A stretch of DNA of 63,596 bases, the filler included, from Candidatus Aminicenantales bacterium (GTDB lineage: Bacteria; Acidobacteriota; Aminicenantia; Aminicenantales; UBA4085): the NCBI GenBank assembly GCA_049515535.1. It is 4 parts of 4 records of this genome, joined end to end, with 100 filler letters (N's around TTAATTAATTAA, not from the genome) between each part and the next. Parts side by side here need not be neighbours in the genome. Positions count along the whole stretch, not along the records: positions 1 to 26,929 come from JBEKTZ010000018.1; positions 27,030 to 52,061 come from JBEKTZ010000019.1; 2 more parts are not named here. The stretch is one strand, 5' to 3'. How positions within the stretch are numbered: the stretch's first letter is position 1; every line of letters starts with the position of its first letter. Made by a program: the position numbers and the translations under genes. The notes under the pieces are model-generated. The model ran no database searches. It was not told where the DNA came from and saw only the letters and a list, made by a program, of their open reading frames with translations. Shown here one piece after another: positions 21,314 to 30,298 of the stretch.

Positions 21314-21358
21314 AGTCAGCGGACGCCGAAGGCGGTCCGCTGGATTGAAGGGTTAGAC
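21314..21358 (-). other. Truncated attC (R'', L'' and hairpin present; R' replaced)
   Basis: Minus strand GTCTAAC CCTTCAATCCAGCGGACCGCCTTCGGCGTCCGCTGACT, then switches to the attI/Pc module. Confidence 0.75.
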
Positions 21359-21440
21359 TTCGGGGACTCTGAGGAAGTTCCTCGATTTCTGGCTCTTGCA
21401 CACAACCATGGCGCTTTACGAAGGAAATCTCTCGAGAACA

Positions 21441-22274
21441 TTACAGCACCGCATATAGAATGTTAGTTCGCTTCGGTACTGGGAGGTCTCCTGGGCGCTG
21501 CCGAAAGTACCGCGCCTCAGCCTCTGCGGTTGAAAGGAACTCCACTTTGGAAAAGCCGGTGCAACGCAGTTTTGCTTCGAGCGCATCAGGCTCGAAGTAA
21601 CTCACCCAAGGTTCGCCAACGCTTGCGGCGCGCTGAGCAAGTGGCGAAGGAGAGTCGTCGGGCGGCGGCGCGAATGTAAGCACTATCTCGCTGCCCGCCG
21701 GAAACATTGCGACGGACCGGAGCACAGCATCAATGGCGTCTTCTTTGAGGTACATCGTCACACCCAGCCAGGAGAAGAAGGTCGGCTCGTCCATCGAGAC
21801 ATGATACCTAAGCAGGCCATCATGCAACGATTCGTGTTCAAAGTCGATGTTGGCGAAGACTGCGTTCTCAGGCATTGCGAAGCCCGCTGCGGCAAGATGG
21901 GAACGTTTCAAAGCTTGTGTCTCTGGATGGTCGACTTCGAGAATCTTCAATGTCTGCGCCCATGGAGGTTGCCTGAGCGCAAAGGTATCGAAGCCTGCCC
22001 CGAGGATGACATACTGCGTAATTCCGCGAAGAACCGCAACGGCGAGCCGGTCCTCGGCGAACCGCGAACGCAGAACTACATGAGCGCGCAATACAAGACT
22101 TTCGGGAGTTCGATAGTGATCCGCCGTATCTTTGATCCGCTGTAAGGCAACCGGTCCAAGCAGTGACAATGCAACCGGATCATCAAGGATCCGCGGCTGT
22201 GTTTCAAACAACTGATGCGCGGCCCGCAGGTATGCGGTTCCTAGCGCCGTGCGACTCGCTTTATGATCGGAGAT
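21441..22274 (-). CDS. Cassette 5: class I SAM-dependent methyltransferase (LCM/TIGR00027 family); apparent ATC start
   Basis: ASRTALGTAYLRAAH, QYVILGAGFDT, EVDHP and WLGVTMYL motifs; the conserved N-terminus lies upstream of the ORF-track start. Confidence 0.85.
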   Translation of the reverse strand: MSDHKASRTALGTAYLRAAHQLFETQPRILDDPVALSLLGPVALQRIKDTADHYRTPESLVLRAHVVLRSRFAEDRLAVAVLRGITQYVILGAGFDTFALRQPPWAQTLKILEVDHPETQALKRSHLAAAGFAMPENAVFANIDFEHESLHDGLLRYHVSMDEPTFFSWLGVTMYLKEDAIDAVLRSVAMFPAGSEIVLTFAPPPDDSPSPLAQRAASVGEPWVSYFEPDALEAKLRCTGFSKVEFLSTAEAEARYFRQRPGDLPVPKRTNILYAVL

Positions 22275-22306
22275 CGTGTGAAGCTCCCATCAGGTTTTGG
22301 ACTGAG

Positions 22307-22366
22307 GTCTAACGTTCGGCATCAGCGGCGGCGCGCAGCGCCGTCCGCTGCATGCCGTTGTTAGGC
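22307..22366 (-). other. attC site (60 bp)
   Basis: Minus strand GCCTAAC AACGGCATGCAGCGGACGGCGCTGCGCGCCGCCGCTGATGCCGAAC GTTAGAC. Confidence 0.93.
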
Positions 22367-22376
22367 GAAGTACATT

Positions 22377-23369
22377 CTAGCGTCCCAGCTCAACTTCTCT
22401 TCCATCCTTTAGTGTCACTCTACCTTTCCCTCGCAGATAGACGTAGCCGACACCTGGCACCATGACAAAAGTGAGCCGGTTCGATTTGTCATCCTCGCTA
22501 ATGAAGGTGTAGATGTCGCCTTTCATGTCGAGTTCAACACGGCCCTTGAACCGGTGGAGGCAAAAGTTCCCAAAGGCGAAAGGCTGATTGTTTACAATAG
22601 GCATTGCATCACCGGGGAATTCCATCTGAACGTTTAACGAGCCTTTACCGGTCTGGACCAGTGTCATGCTGCCAGGCAACCCACCCTGGGGCATGATTTC
22701 TTTGATAACAAATCTCTCTCCCACTCCCTTGTTTCGTATCTCTTGAACGAGGGCCTGCTCTGACTTCGGCAGGTCGGACTCGGCCACCTTATCTTTCTCT
22801 TGCAGAGTTCCGGTGTTTTGAGGGCTTTCTTGTGCGGGTCCTTCGTTCCGCTTCTCTGTGCCGTCGAGGAGTTCAAGACCTTGATTGCCAATTGTGGCAC
22901 CGCCATTGCGATACTGCTGTCCAAGAAACGAGGTCCATTGGCCAGTTTCGAATCGTAGCTTGGACCCGACGCCGATGATTCCGCCCTCGATGTCGATCTG
23001 GTCACCAGGCTTCTCCATCACCAGAAGGTACAGTTCGGTCCCGATTCTGATGGGCAGTTTGTTATCTAGGGACGCATCTGTCGAATACGTCAGCATTTGG
23101 TTGCCCGGCCGTGCCATGAAATCCCGGCCGATGGAGAGGGTTCCGGTCATATTGTTTCTAAAGGTCTTACCTCTAACTTCCGCCGTGTCTACCACTTGAT
23201 GAATGAGGCAGAGTGTCTTGGCAGTGTTCCCTAAGATTTGAGCCTCCGTCAGAGCCGTGGGGTTGTCCCCTGGTCGCATGTCTGTTGCGCTCAAGCCTTG
23301 TGCCATCGCATTGCCGGAGCAGATTACAGTGAATGCGACGATTGCCGTCCAACGTAATCTCGTAGTCAT
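22377..23369 (-). CDS. Cassette 4: secreted hypothetical protein
   Basis: 330 aa; signal peptide ending AMA; strong AGGAGG RBS. Confidence 0.75.
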   Translation of the reverse strand: MTTRLRWTAIVAFTVICSGNAMAQGLSATDMRPGDNPTALTEAQILGNTAKTLCLIHQVVDTAEVRGKTFRNNMTGTLSIGRDFMARPGNQMLTYSTDASLDNKLPIRIGTELYLLVMEKPGDQIDIEGGIIGVGSKLRFETGQWTSFLGQQYRNGGATIGNQGLELLDGTEKRNEGPAQESPQNTGTLQEKDKVAESDLPKSEQALVQEIRNKGVGERFVIKEIMPQGGLPGSMTLVQTGKGSLNVQMEFPGDAMPIVNNQPFAFGNFCLHRFKGRVELDMKGDIYTFISEDDKSNRLTFVMVPGVGYVYLRGKGRVTLKDGREVELGR

Positions 23370-23385
23370 GTTGCTTCCTCCTTTC

Positions 23386-23442
23386 GCCTAACGTATGCCT
23401 CAGCGGTGGCGGCACGCCATCCGCTGCAGGCAATGGTTAGCG
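23386..23442 (-). other. attC site (57 bp)
   Basis: Minus strand CGCTAAC CATTGCCTGCAGCGGATGGCGTGCCGCCACCGCTGAGGCATAC GTTAGGC. Confidence 0.92.
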
Positions 23443-23444
23443 AT

Positions 23445-24023
23445 TCATCTTACCCAGACGCAGAACGGTTCCTTCATTCGTGCGACCGCAACAATTTCAC
23501 GATAACGAGACTTCATTCTTTGTGGGTGAGTTCGTGATTCTCTTCGGACAGCACAGACGGTCGAGCAACCGAGTATAAACTTGAGGGGAGCATGAATGTC
23601 TGAATATTCACTGTACTCCCAAAGGTCCAGCACGCCACTTACATTTGCAGTTAGCGTGTCGAACACGAGAGCGGTAGCGCCAGTATCCAATTTGCCCGTT
23701 ACGGGACTGAGACCGACAGGAAGCCGATGCCACAGTGCCCTATCATGGGAGTATTCCTTGGCTGCCTCTGCCTCTATCGTTGGACGAGCGCCACCTTTGG
23801 TTGCTGGCTCAATGAATATCATGTATCCCGGAGATGTCGAGCACATCTTCTGAACATGAGCAGGCCGAGCTTTTGGTGACCGGACAAGCCAGAAGGTTTT
23901 CCCTGTTTGTTCTATGTCTGATATCTTTCTGTCGAAGATGAAATTGGCTCCTTCACCGGCGTGTTCTCCCATCACGCTGATCACGCACTGCGAACTGGCC
24001 AATGCTTCTTTTAGTTCGGTCAT
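23445..24023 (-). CDS. Cassette 3: hypothetical protein
   Basis: 192 aa ORF that fills the space between two attC sites. Confidence 0.75.
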   Translation of the reverse strand: MTELKEALASSQCVISVMGEHAGEGANFIFDRKISDIEQTGKTFWLVRSPKARPAHVQKMCSTSPGYMIFIEPATKGGARPTIEAEAAKEYSHDRALWHRLPVGLSPVTGKLDTGATALVFDTLTANVSGVLDLWEYSEYSDIHAPLKFILGCSTVCAVRRESRTHPQRMKSRYREIVAVARMKEPFCVWVR

Positions 24024-24037
24024 GCTTCTCTCTTGGT

Positions 24038-24095
24038 CGCTAACGTTGCGGCTCAGTGGCCGGCGAAGCCGGTCCGTTGAAGCCGGTGGTTAGGC
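24038..24095 (-). other. attC site (58 bp)
   Basis: Minus strand GCCTAAC CACCGGCTTCAACGGACCGGCTTCGCCGGCCACTGAGCCGCAAC GTTAGCG; upstream gene stop lies within R''. Confidence 0.92.
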
Positions 24096-24938
24096 CTGTT
24101 CGTCGAGTTGTTTGAGCGATTTACCACCCTCAGTTTTCCACACGATAAGTCCGTTTGCGCTCCCGCCGTGTATGACAGCCGCCGCCGCAGATGGGCTGGA
24201 GAACTCCGCATCCCTGGTGAAGACCAAGAAGCCGTCCTTTTCGGTGAGCACGCCCTCGGCGATGAGTTGTTTGCGCTGGGCCATGACATAGGGATAGTTC
24301 TCGGCAGATGGCCGCTCCTCCAAGACGGCGGTAGAGCCCTGGAATATGACGAAACCGTTCGCTGCACGTTGGCCTCGCCCCTTGGCGCCCTTGATACGGC
24401 AGTAGAGCACGCCCCCGGGCTGAGCTTTCGCAGCGGGTTGAGCGATCGGCGTAAGGATATCGGAACCGAGGACGGGGAGCAGCTGCCGAATTCGGGCCAG
24501 GAATACCTCCATATCCTCACGGTCTGATTCGGGAAGCTTTGAGCCGCCAGCCTGATTCTGTTCGAGTGTGAACCTGTTGATCTGAGCGGCTTCGGCGAGG
24601 AGCCGGTTCTCGAGATATCTCACATGGGCCTTGGTCAAGTTCTCGTCCTTGCTGACGAAGACGATGGCCGAAACCCAGAACTCCTTTGTCTTGTGTTGCT
24701 TGAGTCGCTCGCGAATGATCTCCGCCTCGCCAATGTAAGCGCGCGGTGCGTTGGTAAGAGGGTCGTTGCCAATGAGTATGTAGACGCCGGCCTTGTCGAG
24801 TTCCTCGCGAGCCAGAAGCTCATCCAGTTCAGTGCGGGGAGCGGCGACAGCCTTTCCGGTCCAGTTAGAGATCTCGGCAGTGCGTAGGCTTTTCGCGTCT
24901 CCGCGTGGAAGGAAGAGTCTGATAGTTGCCGATGTCAT
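24090..24938 (-). CDS. Cassette 2: GIY-YIG nuclease + DUF4357
   Basis: GVYILIG...AYIGEAE...RLKQH; C-terminal FSSPSAAAAVIHGGSANGLIVWK. Confidence 0.88.
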   Translation of the reverse strand: MTSATIRLFLPRGDAKSLRTAEISNWTGKAVAAPRTELDELLAREELDKAGVYILIGNDPLTNAPRAYIGEAEIIRERLKQHKTKEFWVSAIVFVSKDENLTKAHVRYLENRLLAEAAQINRFTLEQNQAGGSKLPESDREDMEVFLARIRQLLPVLGSDILTPIAQPAAKAQPGGVLYCRIKGAKGRGQRAANGFVIFQGSTAVLEERPSAENYPYVMAQRKQLIAEGVLTEKDGFLVFTRDAEFSSPSAAAAVIHGGSANGLIVWKTEGGKSLKQLDEQA

Positions 24939-24951
24939 GTGCGCTCCATAG

Positions 24952-25022
24952 GCCTAACGATCGCGTTGTGCCTCCGAGTGCCCGTTGCTGGCACGAGGTA
25001 AGGCACCAAGGCGTTGTTGGCA
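24952..25022 (-). other. attC site (71 bp)
   Basis: Minus strand TGCCAAC AACGCCTTGGTGCC...GGCACAACGCGATC GTTAGGC. Confidence 0.85.
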
Positions 25023-25024
25023 CG

Positions 25025-26695
25025 TCATTCTCTTTCAGCGAGTGACCAAACTGAACTTGGTCCCCGGCCCGAACGCTTTGCATACGACGCAGACTTCAGA
25101 AACTGACTCGTCTGGGATGTCTGCTTGAACCCAAGATGAGCCTTGATGTCCGCGTTACTGGCGCTTCCGTGCCGAGCCAAGTACTTGTATAATTCAACAT
25201 GCTTCGAACTCGCGGATGTGACACGGAATGCCTTCGTAACCTTGAACAGGTTAGACCATGCTGGCTTGATCCGAACAAAGACACCCGAACGAGTGCCGCA
25301 GAGTTCCACACAGTCCAGCTTCGCGACGGCTGTCTCGACTGCTTGCCATGGCGCATTTGTAGCTTTGGCAAGTTGCTTGGTCAATGTCTGAACTGAAGCT
25401 GAGCCGGTCTCATATACCGAATTGAGGATCAACAGCTCAGGGATGCCGTAGTTGGCGCCTTGGTCCGTAGCAAGAACGAAGATGCCCGGTCGGAAGTACT
25501 CCCCTTGCATCGCGACTTCCATGGTCTCTCCCTTCTCAACGAATGAGGGGAAAGCCCGGCCATACCGGAGTGAGTTGACGCTCATACGGAGCACGCCCAT
25601 GCCAGCCCTGTCAACTAGGTGGTACTCCATAAGCATTCTGGCCAGCGCCTTGTTGCGGTGTCTGGGTTCGTGCTTGGCTATGTTGTCTGATGTGACGCCA
25701 CCGTAAAACGACCCCGGGCTTGTGATGACCATGCGATCCCCAGTGAAATTCACCGAAACCATTCCATCCGCCGAATAATCGCGGTGAACCAATGCATTCA
25801 GAAAGGCTTCATGGAACGCGATTCTGTCCAGAAGTTGAATCGAATACTGCCTTCCCTCATAATCCAGCGGTAGGATACGGTTGCACGCATCGAAGTGGGC
25901 CTTGCCTCGTTTGATCGTCTCCCATAGGCAGTCCTGCCATACGTCATTTATCTCCAACTTGCCCGCCGCTGTTTTCCGACTAAATCTGTACTCGTAGATT
26001 CCCAATAGGCGTGAGATCTCATGCACGTTGCCGAGAAACAGGAGACCGCTCTTCGTAATGACACCGTTGTGGGTGGCCCCGATGGCCTCCAAGAAACCTG
26101 TTCTCTCGATCTCTGGAAGATTGCGCCGTTTGGCGAAATCAACGAAAGCTTCTTCGACAGCGATAGCGTTTAGTGCGATGGAAGGATTCGCATCCAGAAG
26201 TTCGGAGCTCCAATCGTAATCTTGCAGACTTTTGACGGCGTGCTCAATCTCGTCTGGCATCATAGGACGGCTGGATTTGCCGTCGCGGATACAGACCTTG
26301 CCACTTGTCGTTGCAACAAGAGAGTCGCGACGGCGGGGAATGTTGATGAGGAGATAGTCTTTCCCCCCGTGCTTGATCTCGGTCAGTTCAAGATCAAGCG
26401 ATGGTCTCAGTTTTCCACGCAGTCGCTCGCGAGTGGTGTGTAGGTCCACTCGCACAAAGCCTGCAAGTTGGTCATGCCACATCCCGTGCGTGACATTGCT
26501 GCTGTCCCGGACGCCAACCAGGACAATGCCGCCTTTGTGGTTTGCGAGAGCTGATATTTCCTCCGCGAGATCTTTCGCGTTGTGGAGTGCATCTTCGGAT
26601 GAGTAATGCTTGAATTCAACGGTGTCTGACTCAAGGGCTTCGCTCGGTTCCTGTCCTAGTCTGTCAAGCAGTTTCGTACACTGCGCTGAGTTCAT
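25025..26695 (-). CDS. Cassette 1: Schlafen/AlbA_2 + HATPase_c_4 + wHTH protein
   Basis: ESDTVEFK, SALANHKGG.VLVGVRD, EAFLNALVHRDY, RN..LA and DRAGMGV motifs. Confidence 0.85.
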   Translation of the reverse strand: MNSAQCTKLLDRLGQEPSEALESDTVEFKHYSSEDALHNAKDLAEEISALANHKGGIVLVGVRDSSNVTHGMWHDQLAGFVRVDLHTTRERLRGKLRPSLDLELTEIKHGGKDYLLINIPRRRDSLVATTSGKVCIRDGKSSRPMMPDEIEHAVKSLQDYDWSSELLDANPSIALNAIAVEEAFVDFAKRRNLPEIERTGFLEAIGATHNGVITKSGLLFLGNVHEISRLLGIYEYRFSRKTAAGKLEINDVWQDCLWETIKRGKAHFDACNRILPLDYEGRQYSIQLLDRIAFHEAFLNALVHRDYSADGMVSVNFTGDRMVITSPGSFYGGVTSDNIAKHEPRHRNKALARMLMEYHLVDRAGMGVLRMSVNSLRYGRAFPSFVEKGETMEVAMQGEYFRPGIFVLATDQGANYGIPELLILNSVYETGSASVQTLTKQLAKATNAPWQAVETAVAKLDCVELCGTRSGVFVRIKPAWSNLFKVTKAFRVTSASSKHVELYKYLARHGSASNADIKAHLGFKQTSQTSQFLKSASYAKRSGRGPSSVWSLAERE

Positions 26696-26718
26696 TGTGT
26701 TTCCCCATGCTTTCTGAG

Positions 26719-26929
26719 TGCTAACAATGTTTATATGGATCCATATAAAAACCCAAAGATGGCATCAAGTGCCGCATAAGATGCCGGAGAATCCGGCATC
26801 CTTTAACACAAATGCAGATTATCACTCTGATTCGAAAGATGTCAATTTTTTATAATTCGGGAGGGGCGAAAGACCGTGAATGAAGGCTCTGAAAATGGAT
26901 AAGATTTTTAAATGGCTTGGCAAAGTTCC
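26719..26929 (-). promoter_or_regulatory. attI-like site plus Pc-like promoter at the head of the array
   Basis: Minus strand TTGACATCTTTCGAATCAGAGTGATAAT, then TTTATATGGATCCATATAAAC ATT GTTAGCA; L/R spacing resembles attI1 (TAAAAC AAA GTT). Confidence 0.78.
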
Positions 26930-27029
26930 NNNNNNNNNNNNNNNNNNNNNNNNNNNNNNNNNNNNNNNNNNNNTTAATTAATTAANNNNNNNNNNNNNNN
27001 NNNNNNNNNNNNNNNNNNNNNNNNNNNNN
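26930..27029. other. Artificial contig spacer (N-TTAATTAATTAA-N)
   Basis: N runs flanking a six-frame-stop linker; same at 52042-52161 and 62010-62109. Confidence 0.95.
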
Positions 27030-27030
27030 C

Positions 27031-28722
27031 CTTAAAAGCGTCGGCGCTCGGGGCGAGGGCGTCGGAAGCATCCTCAAAAGCCAAATCGACGAGCTGAGCC
27101 GGAATATCTCTCGAGGCATCGGATTGTCGGAGAGTAAAATCGCGCTGGCGGCTCCAGCCGGAATCATCGCTCTCACGACGAATTCCATTGAGGCCTATCA
27201 ATATTTTCTGCGGGGCCGCGACGATTACGAAAAATTTTTCTTTCCGGACGCTCAAAAATTCCTGAAGAAGGCCGTCGAACTCGACCCGACATTTGCCGTG
27301 GCTTACCTCTATCTGGCCAGAGCCGACGGAGAATTACGGGATTATAAGGGCCGGGACGAGGCTTATGAGAGAGCTAAAAAATATTCTATGAAAGTCACGG
27401 AGAAAGAGCGCCTTTATATAGAAGCTGCATATGCTAGCGTTGTCGAAAAGAGCCCCGAGAAAAGATTCCGTATTCTCTCCGAATTAGTCAAAAAATATCC
27501 TGAAGAAAAATATGCGCACTACGATCTGGCCTTGTATTATGAAGGTCGGAGACAATATCGGGAGGCGATCGAAGAGAACAACAAGGCCATCGCCTTGGAC
27601 CCGAATTTCGGATCTGCCCTCAATCAAGCCGCCTATGACTATACAAGCTTGGGCGATATTGAGAAAGCTATCGAATACTTCGGGCGCTATGCATCCGTCA
27701 ATCCCGGACTCCCCAATCCCATCGACTCCATCGCCGAGCTTTATTTACGCATGGGAAAGCTGGATGAGGCCATTGCGAAATATAAGGAAGCGTTGGCTAT
27801 CAAGCCAGACTTCTATAGCTCCTGCGTAGGACTGGCCTATAGTTATGCTTTGAAAGAAAATTATCCGGAAACGATCGCTTGGGTCGATCAATTGATCGAG
27901 CGAAGTCCGGATTCGGCAAAATGGGCAGGATCCTGGCTCAAAGCCTACTTTGATTATTTCTTCGGCCGATGGGATCGATCTCTGGCGGAATATCTTGCCT
28001 TGAAAAAACAGTCCGAGAAAGAGGGCGCTGCGTATACCGTCGCAACAGTGGCTTGGATCACCGGATATCTTTATTCGGATCTCCGGCAGTTCGATATGGC
28101 CCGGGAAAGCGACCAAAAATGGAATGATTATAATTCCGCGCAGAATCCGTCTTATAAGGCTTCAAATTCCGCGGATAAAAGTTACGCGCTTGGATGGGTC
28201 GATTTGAAACAAGGATGGATAGAGGGCGCAAAAGCAAGGCTGGCCGAGATCAAGCCTCTCCTGCCTAACCTCGATTCCTCCAGGAAAAAATCGGGGGCAT
28301 TTTATTATGATTTGCTGAACGCGGAGGTTCTGTTGGCGGAAGGCTCCATCGATGGAGCGATCGCCCAGGCCGAGAAAATCGTTCTCCCGGATCCTCCGAT
28401 GATGGATATCGCAAGCATCGTCACCACGAACCAGCCTTTTTTGAAAGACGTCTTGGCCCGGGCTTATTGGAAAAAGGGGGAATTGGACAAGGCCATCGCA
28501 GAATACAGGCGTCTGACGACCATCGATCCTACAAACCAGCTCCGCTTCCTCATTCATCCGCTGTATCATTATCGGCTCGGCCGGGTCTATGAAGAAAAAG
28601 GCGATAAGGCCGAAGCGCGGGAAGAGTATCAGAAATTTCTTGAATTTTGGAAGGACGCCGACCCCGGCCTGCCCGAAGTCGAAGATGCCCAAAAACGCCT
28701 GGCCGGGCTGAAAACGCCGTAA
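27031..28722 (+). CDS. 5'-truncated TPR protein; C-terminal part of a Ser/Thr kinase-TPR paralogue
   Basis: Frame open from the contig start; TPR repeats; C-terminus YQKFLEFWKDADPGLPEVEDA matches 48170-51277. Confidence 0.85.
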   Translation, partial: LKSVGARGEGVGSILKSQIDELSRNISRGIGLSESKIALAAPAGIIALTTNSIEAYQYFLRGRDDYEKFFFPDAQKFLKKAVELDPTFAVAYLYLARADGELRDYKGRDEAYERAKKYSMKVTEKERLYIEAAYASVVEKSPEKRFRILSELVKKYPEEKYAHYDLALYYEGRRQYREAIEENNKAIALDPNFGSALNQAAYDYTSLGDIEKAIEYFGRYASVNPGLPNPIDSIAELYLRMGKLDEAIAKYKEALAIKPDFYSSCVGLAYSYALKENYPETIAWVDQLIERSPDSAKWAGSWLKAYFDYFFGRWDRSLAEYLALKKQSEKEGAAYTVATVAWITGYLYSDLRQFDMARESDQKWNDYNSAQNPSYKASNSADKSYALGWVDLKQGWIEGAKARLAEIKPLLPNLDSSRKKSGAFYYDLLNAEVLLAEGSIDGAIAQAEKIVLPDPPMMDIASIVTTNQPFLKDVLARAYWKKGELDKAIAEYRRLTTIDPTNQLRFLIHPLYHYRLGRVYEEKGDKAEAREEYQKFLEFWKDADPGLPEVEDAQKRLAGLKTP

Positions 28723-28782
28723 ATCCTCGTCTCGGCGATTCTATCATCGCCAACTCCATTCTCGCTCTCCCTGACGATCACC

Positions 28783-29040
28783 ATCCCGGGGCAAGTCGTC
28801 TCGGGGCTGAAGAGAGCGGCGCTGGGCGGCTGATAATCGATTTCTGGATATAATTTCTGGACCTTTGGGGCAAGTCGTCTCGGGAAAGAGCGGCGCTGGC
28901 GGCTGAATCTCATCTTCAAGACGTGGTTTCAGGATGTCCCGGGCAAGGAGGAGAGGGGGGAAGACAGAGAGCGACGCTGGCGGCTGAATATTTAATTTCT
29001 GGACGTGGCTTCAGGACATCCTGCGGCAAGGGGGGAAAAG
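28783..29040 (+). repeat. Cluster 1 of ~77-bp tandem repeat family (3 units + partial)
   Basis: GGCAAG anchors at 28790, 28869, 28942, 29025; consensus GGGCAAGTCGTC(TC/GA)GGGG-purine tract-GCGGCGCYGGCGGCTGAWTATCGATTTCTGGACGTGATTTCAGRACATCCC. Confidence 0.9.
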
Positions 29041-29140
29041 CGGATTTTCGATGACTATAGAGCGCATTTTTTGCTAAGCCTTGACAACCGATAAATTAAA
29101 GGAGATAAAATATTTTAGGATTAATCATCGGAGGAAAAAA

Positions 29141-29473
29141 ATGAACGAATACCCGGAGATGGTAACGTGTTTGCCACAAGCAGACATCGCATTCAAAGGT
29201 CTTCAAGGATGGATTTTCCAAGGCAAAGATCAACAGATCGTCTTTATGCAAATCGAGCCAATTGGAAAGGTGACGGAACACGCCCATAGAGCCCAATTCG
29301 GAATGGTCCTCGACGGAGAGATGAGCCTAGCCATAGGAGGCGTAACGAGAATATATCGGAAGGGGGATACGTATTTCATCCCAAAGGGCGTGCCTCATTC
29401 GGCAGTATTTCATTCGAAAGTATTTGTCGTTGATTTCTTTGACGAGCCAGCGAGATATAAGGAAAAATCCTGA
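29141..29473 (+). CDS. Cupin domain protein
   Basis: EHAH..QFG.V..G..., GD.YFIP.GVPH; GGAGG RBS. Confidence 0.85.
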   Translation: MNEYPEMVTCLPQADIAFKGLQGWIFQGKDQQIVFMQIEPIGKVTEHAHRAQFGMVLDGEMSLAIGGVTRIYRKGDTYFIPKGVPHSAVFHSKVFVVDFFDEPARYKEKS

Positions 29474-29529
29474 TAAAGTTGGCGATTTTCCAGGAAGTGA
29501 TCAGAGAAGGTGGAGGCAAAGGAGCTGAT

Positions 29530-29762
29530 AGAAGCGGCGGCATCGTATGGATTTCTATATATGGTTTAGGAGCAATCCAGGTAAGTCGTCGAGGGGAAAA
29601 GAAAGAGAGCGCTGGCGGCTGAATATCGATTTCTGGACGTAATTTCAGGATATCCCGGGCAAGTCGTCGAGGGGTAAGAGAGCGGCGTCGGCGGCTTAAT
29701 ATCGATTAGAAGACGTGATTTCAGAACATCCTGGGCAAGTCGGAGGAAAGAAAGAGGGAGGA
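29530..29762 (+). repeat. Cluster 2 of tandem repeat family
   Basis: Anchors at 29580, 29658, 29734. Confidence 0.9.
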
Positions 29763-30298
29763 TTGAAAATCCGATTGCTTTTCATGACGGATAATGTCGA
29801 GAAGAGCAGAAAGTCTATCGTCTTTTGTGGGATTTTACGGTCGCCCGTGAAACACATCTGTCCGGACGGCATCCTTGGCGGCCATCTACTGTTGTTGACT
29901 TCAATCCGCAGCCGGGAATATACTTTTCTTGTAACGAGCGGAACCGATTCCGAGCTTAGCGGGAGGGAAAGTCGCGTAACGGGGAAAAACGATCTTTTTA
30001 TTCCATAGACTTTTTAGCTCACTTTTGGCAAAAAGCGGGAAAAATAATTGTCACCGGAGGGAAATTATAGTTATCCTCAGAAAGCGCAAAATGTTTCTTG
30101 AAAAATCGATGAAGATCCTTTATATAAGAATAATCATTGCAGTCATCCTTGTTTTTGGAATTGGAATCTTTTTTTAGAGAGGGGTTGTTGGCTAGAGGGA
30201 TAAACGTCGAAATAGCCCGGGCCACGGAGTTGCCCTCATTTTTGGCTTTCAAGGGCCGCAATGAAATGACAAGTGTCTTTTAAAAGTAGGATTGAATA

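Larger units (their letters stand above)
18209..26929 (-). mobile_element. Integron gene-cassette array (8 cassettes; intI not in this contig piece)
   Basis: Co-oriented lower-GC ORFs separated by RYYYAAC...GTTRRRY imperfect palindromes; for cassettes 1-7 each attC R'' matches the preceding GTT site (0-1 mismatch). Confidence 0.92.

Noticed and set aside
21275..21466. ORF M(G/D)KI(L/F)KWLGKV in both attI modules as the start of intI
   Set aside because: Only about 11 codons are shared and no integrase motif is recognisable; it cannot be supported without the sequence beyond the gap.
26930..27029. TTAATTAATTAA motif recurring three times, and apparent linkage of the integron to the repeat array
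   Set aside because: Artificial contig linker within N runs; order across the gaps is not evidence of linkage.
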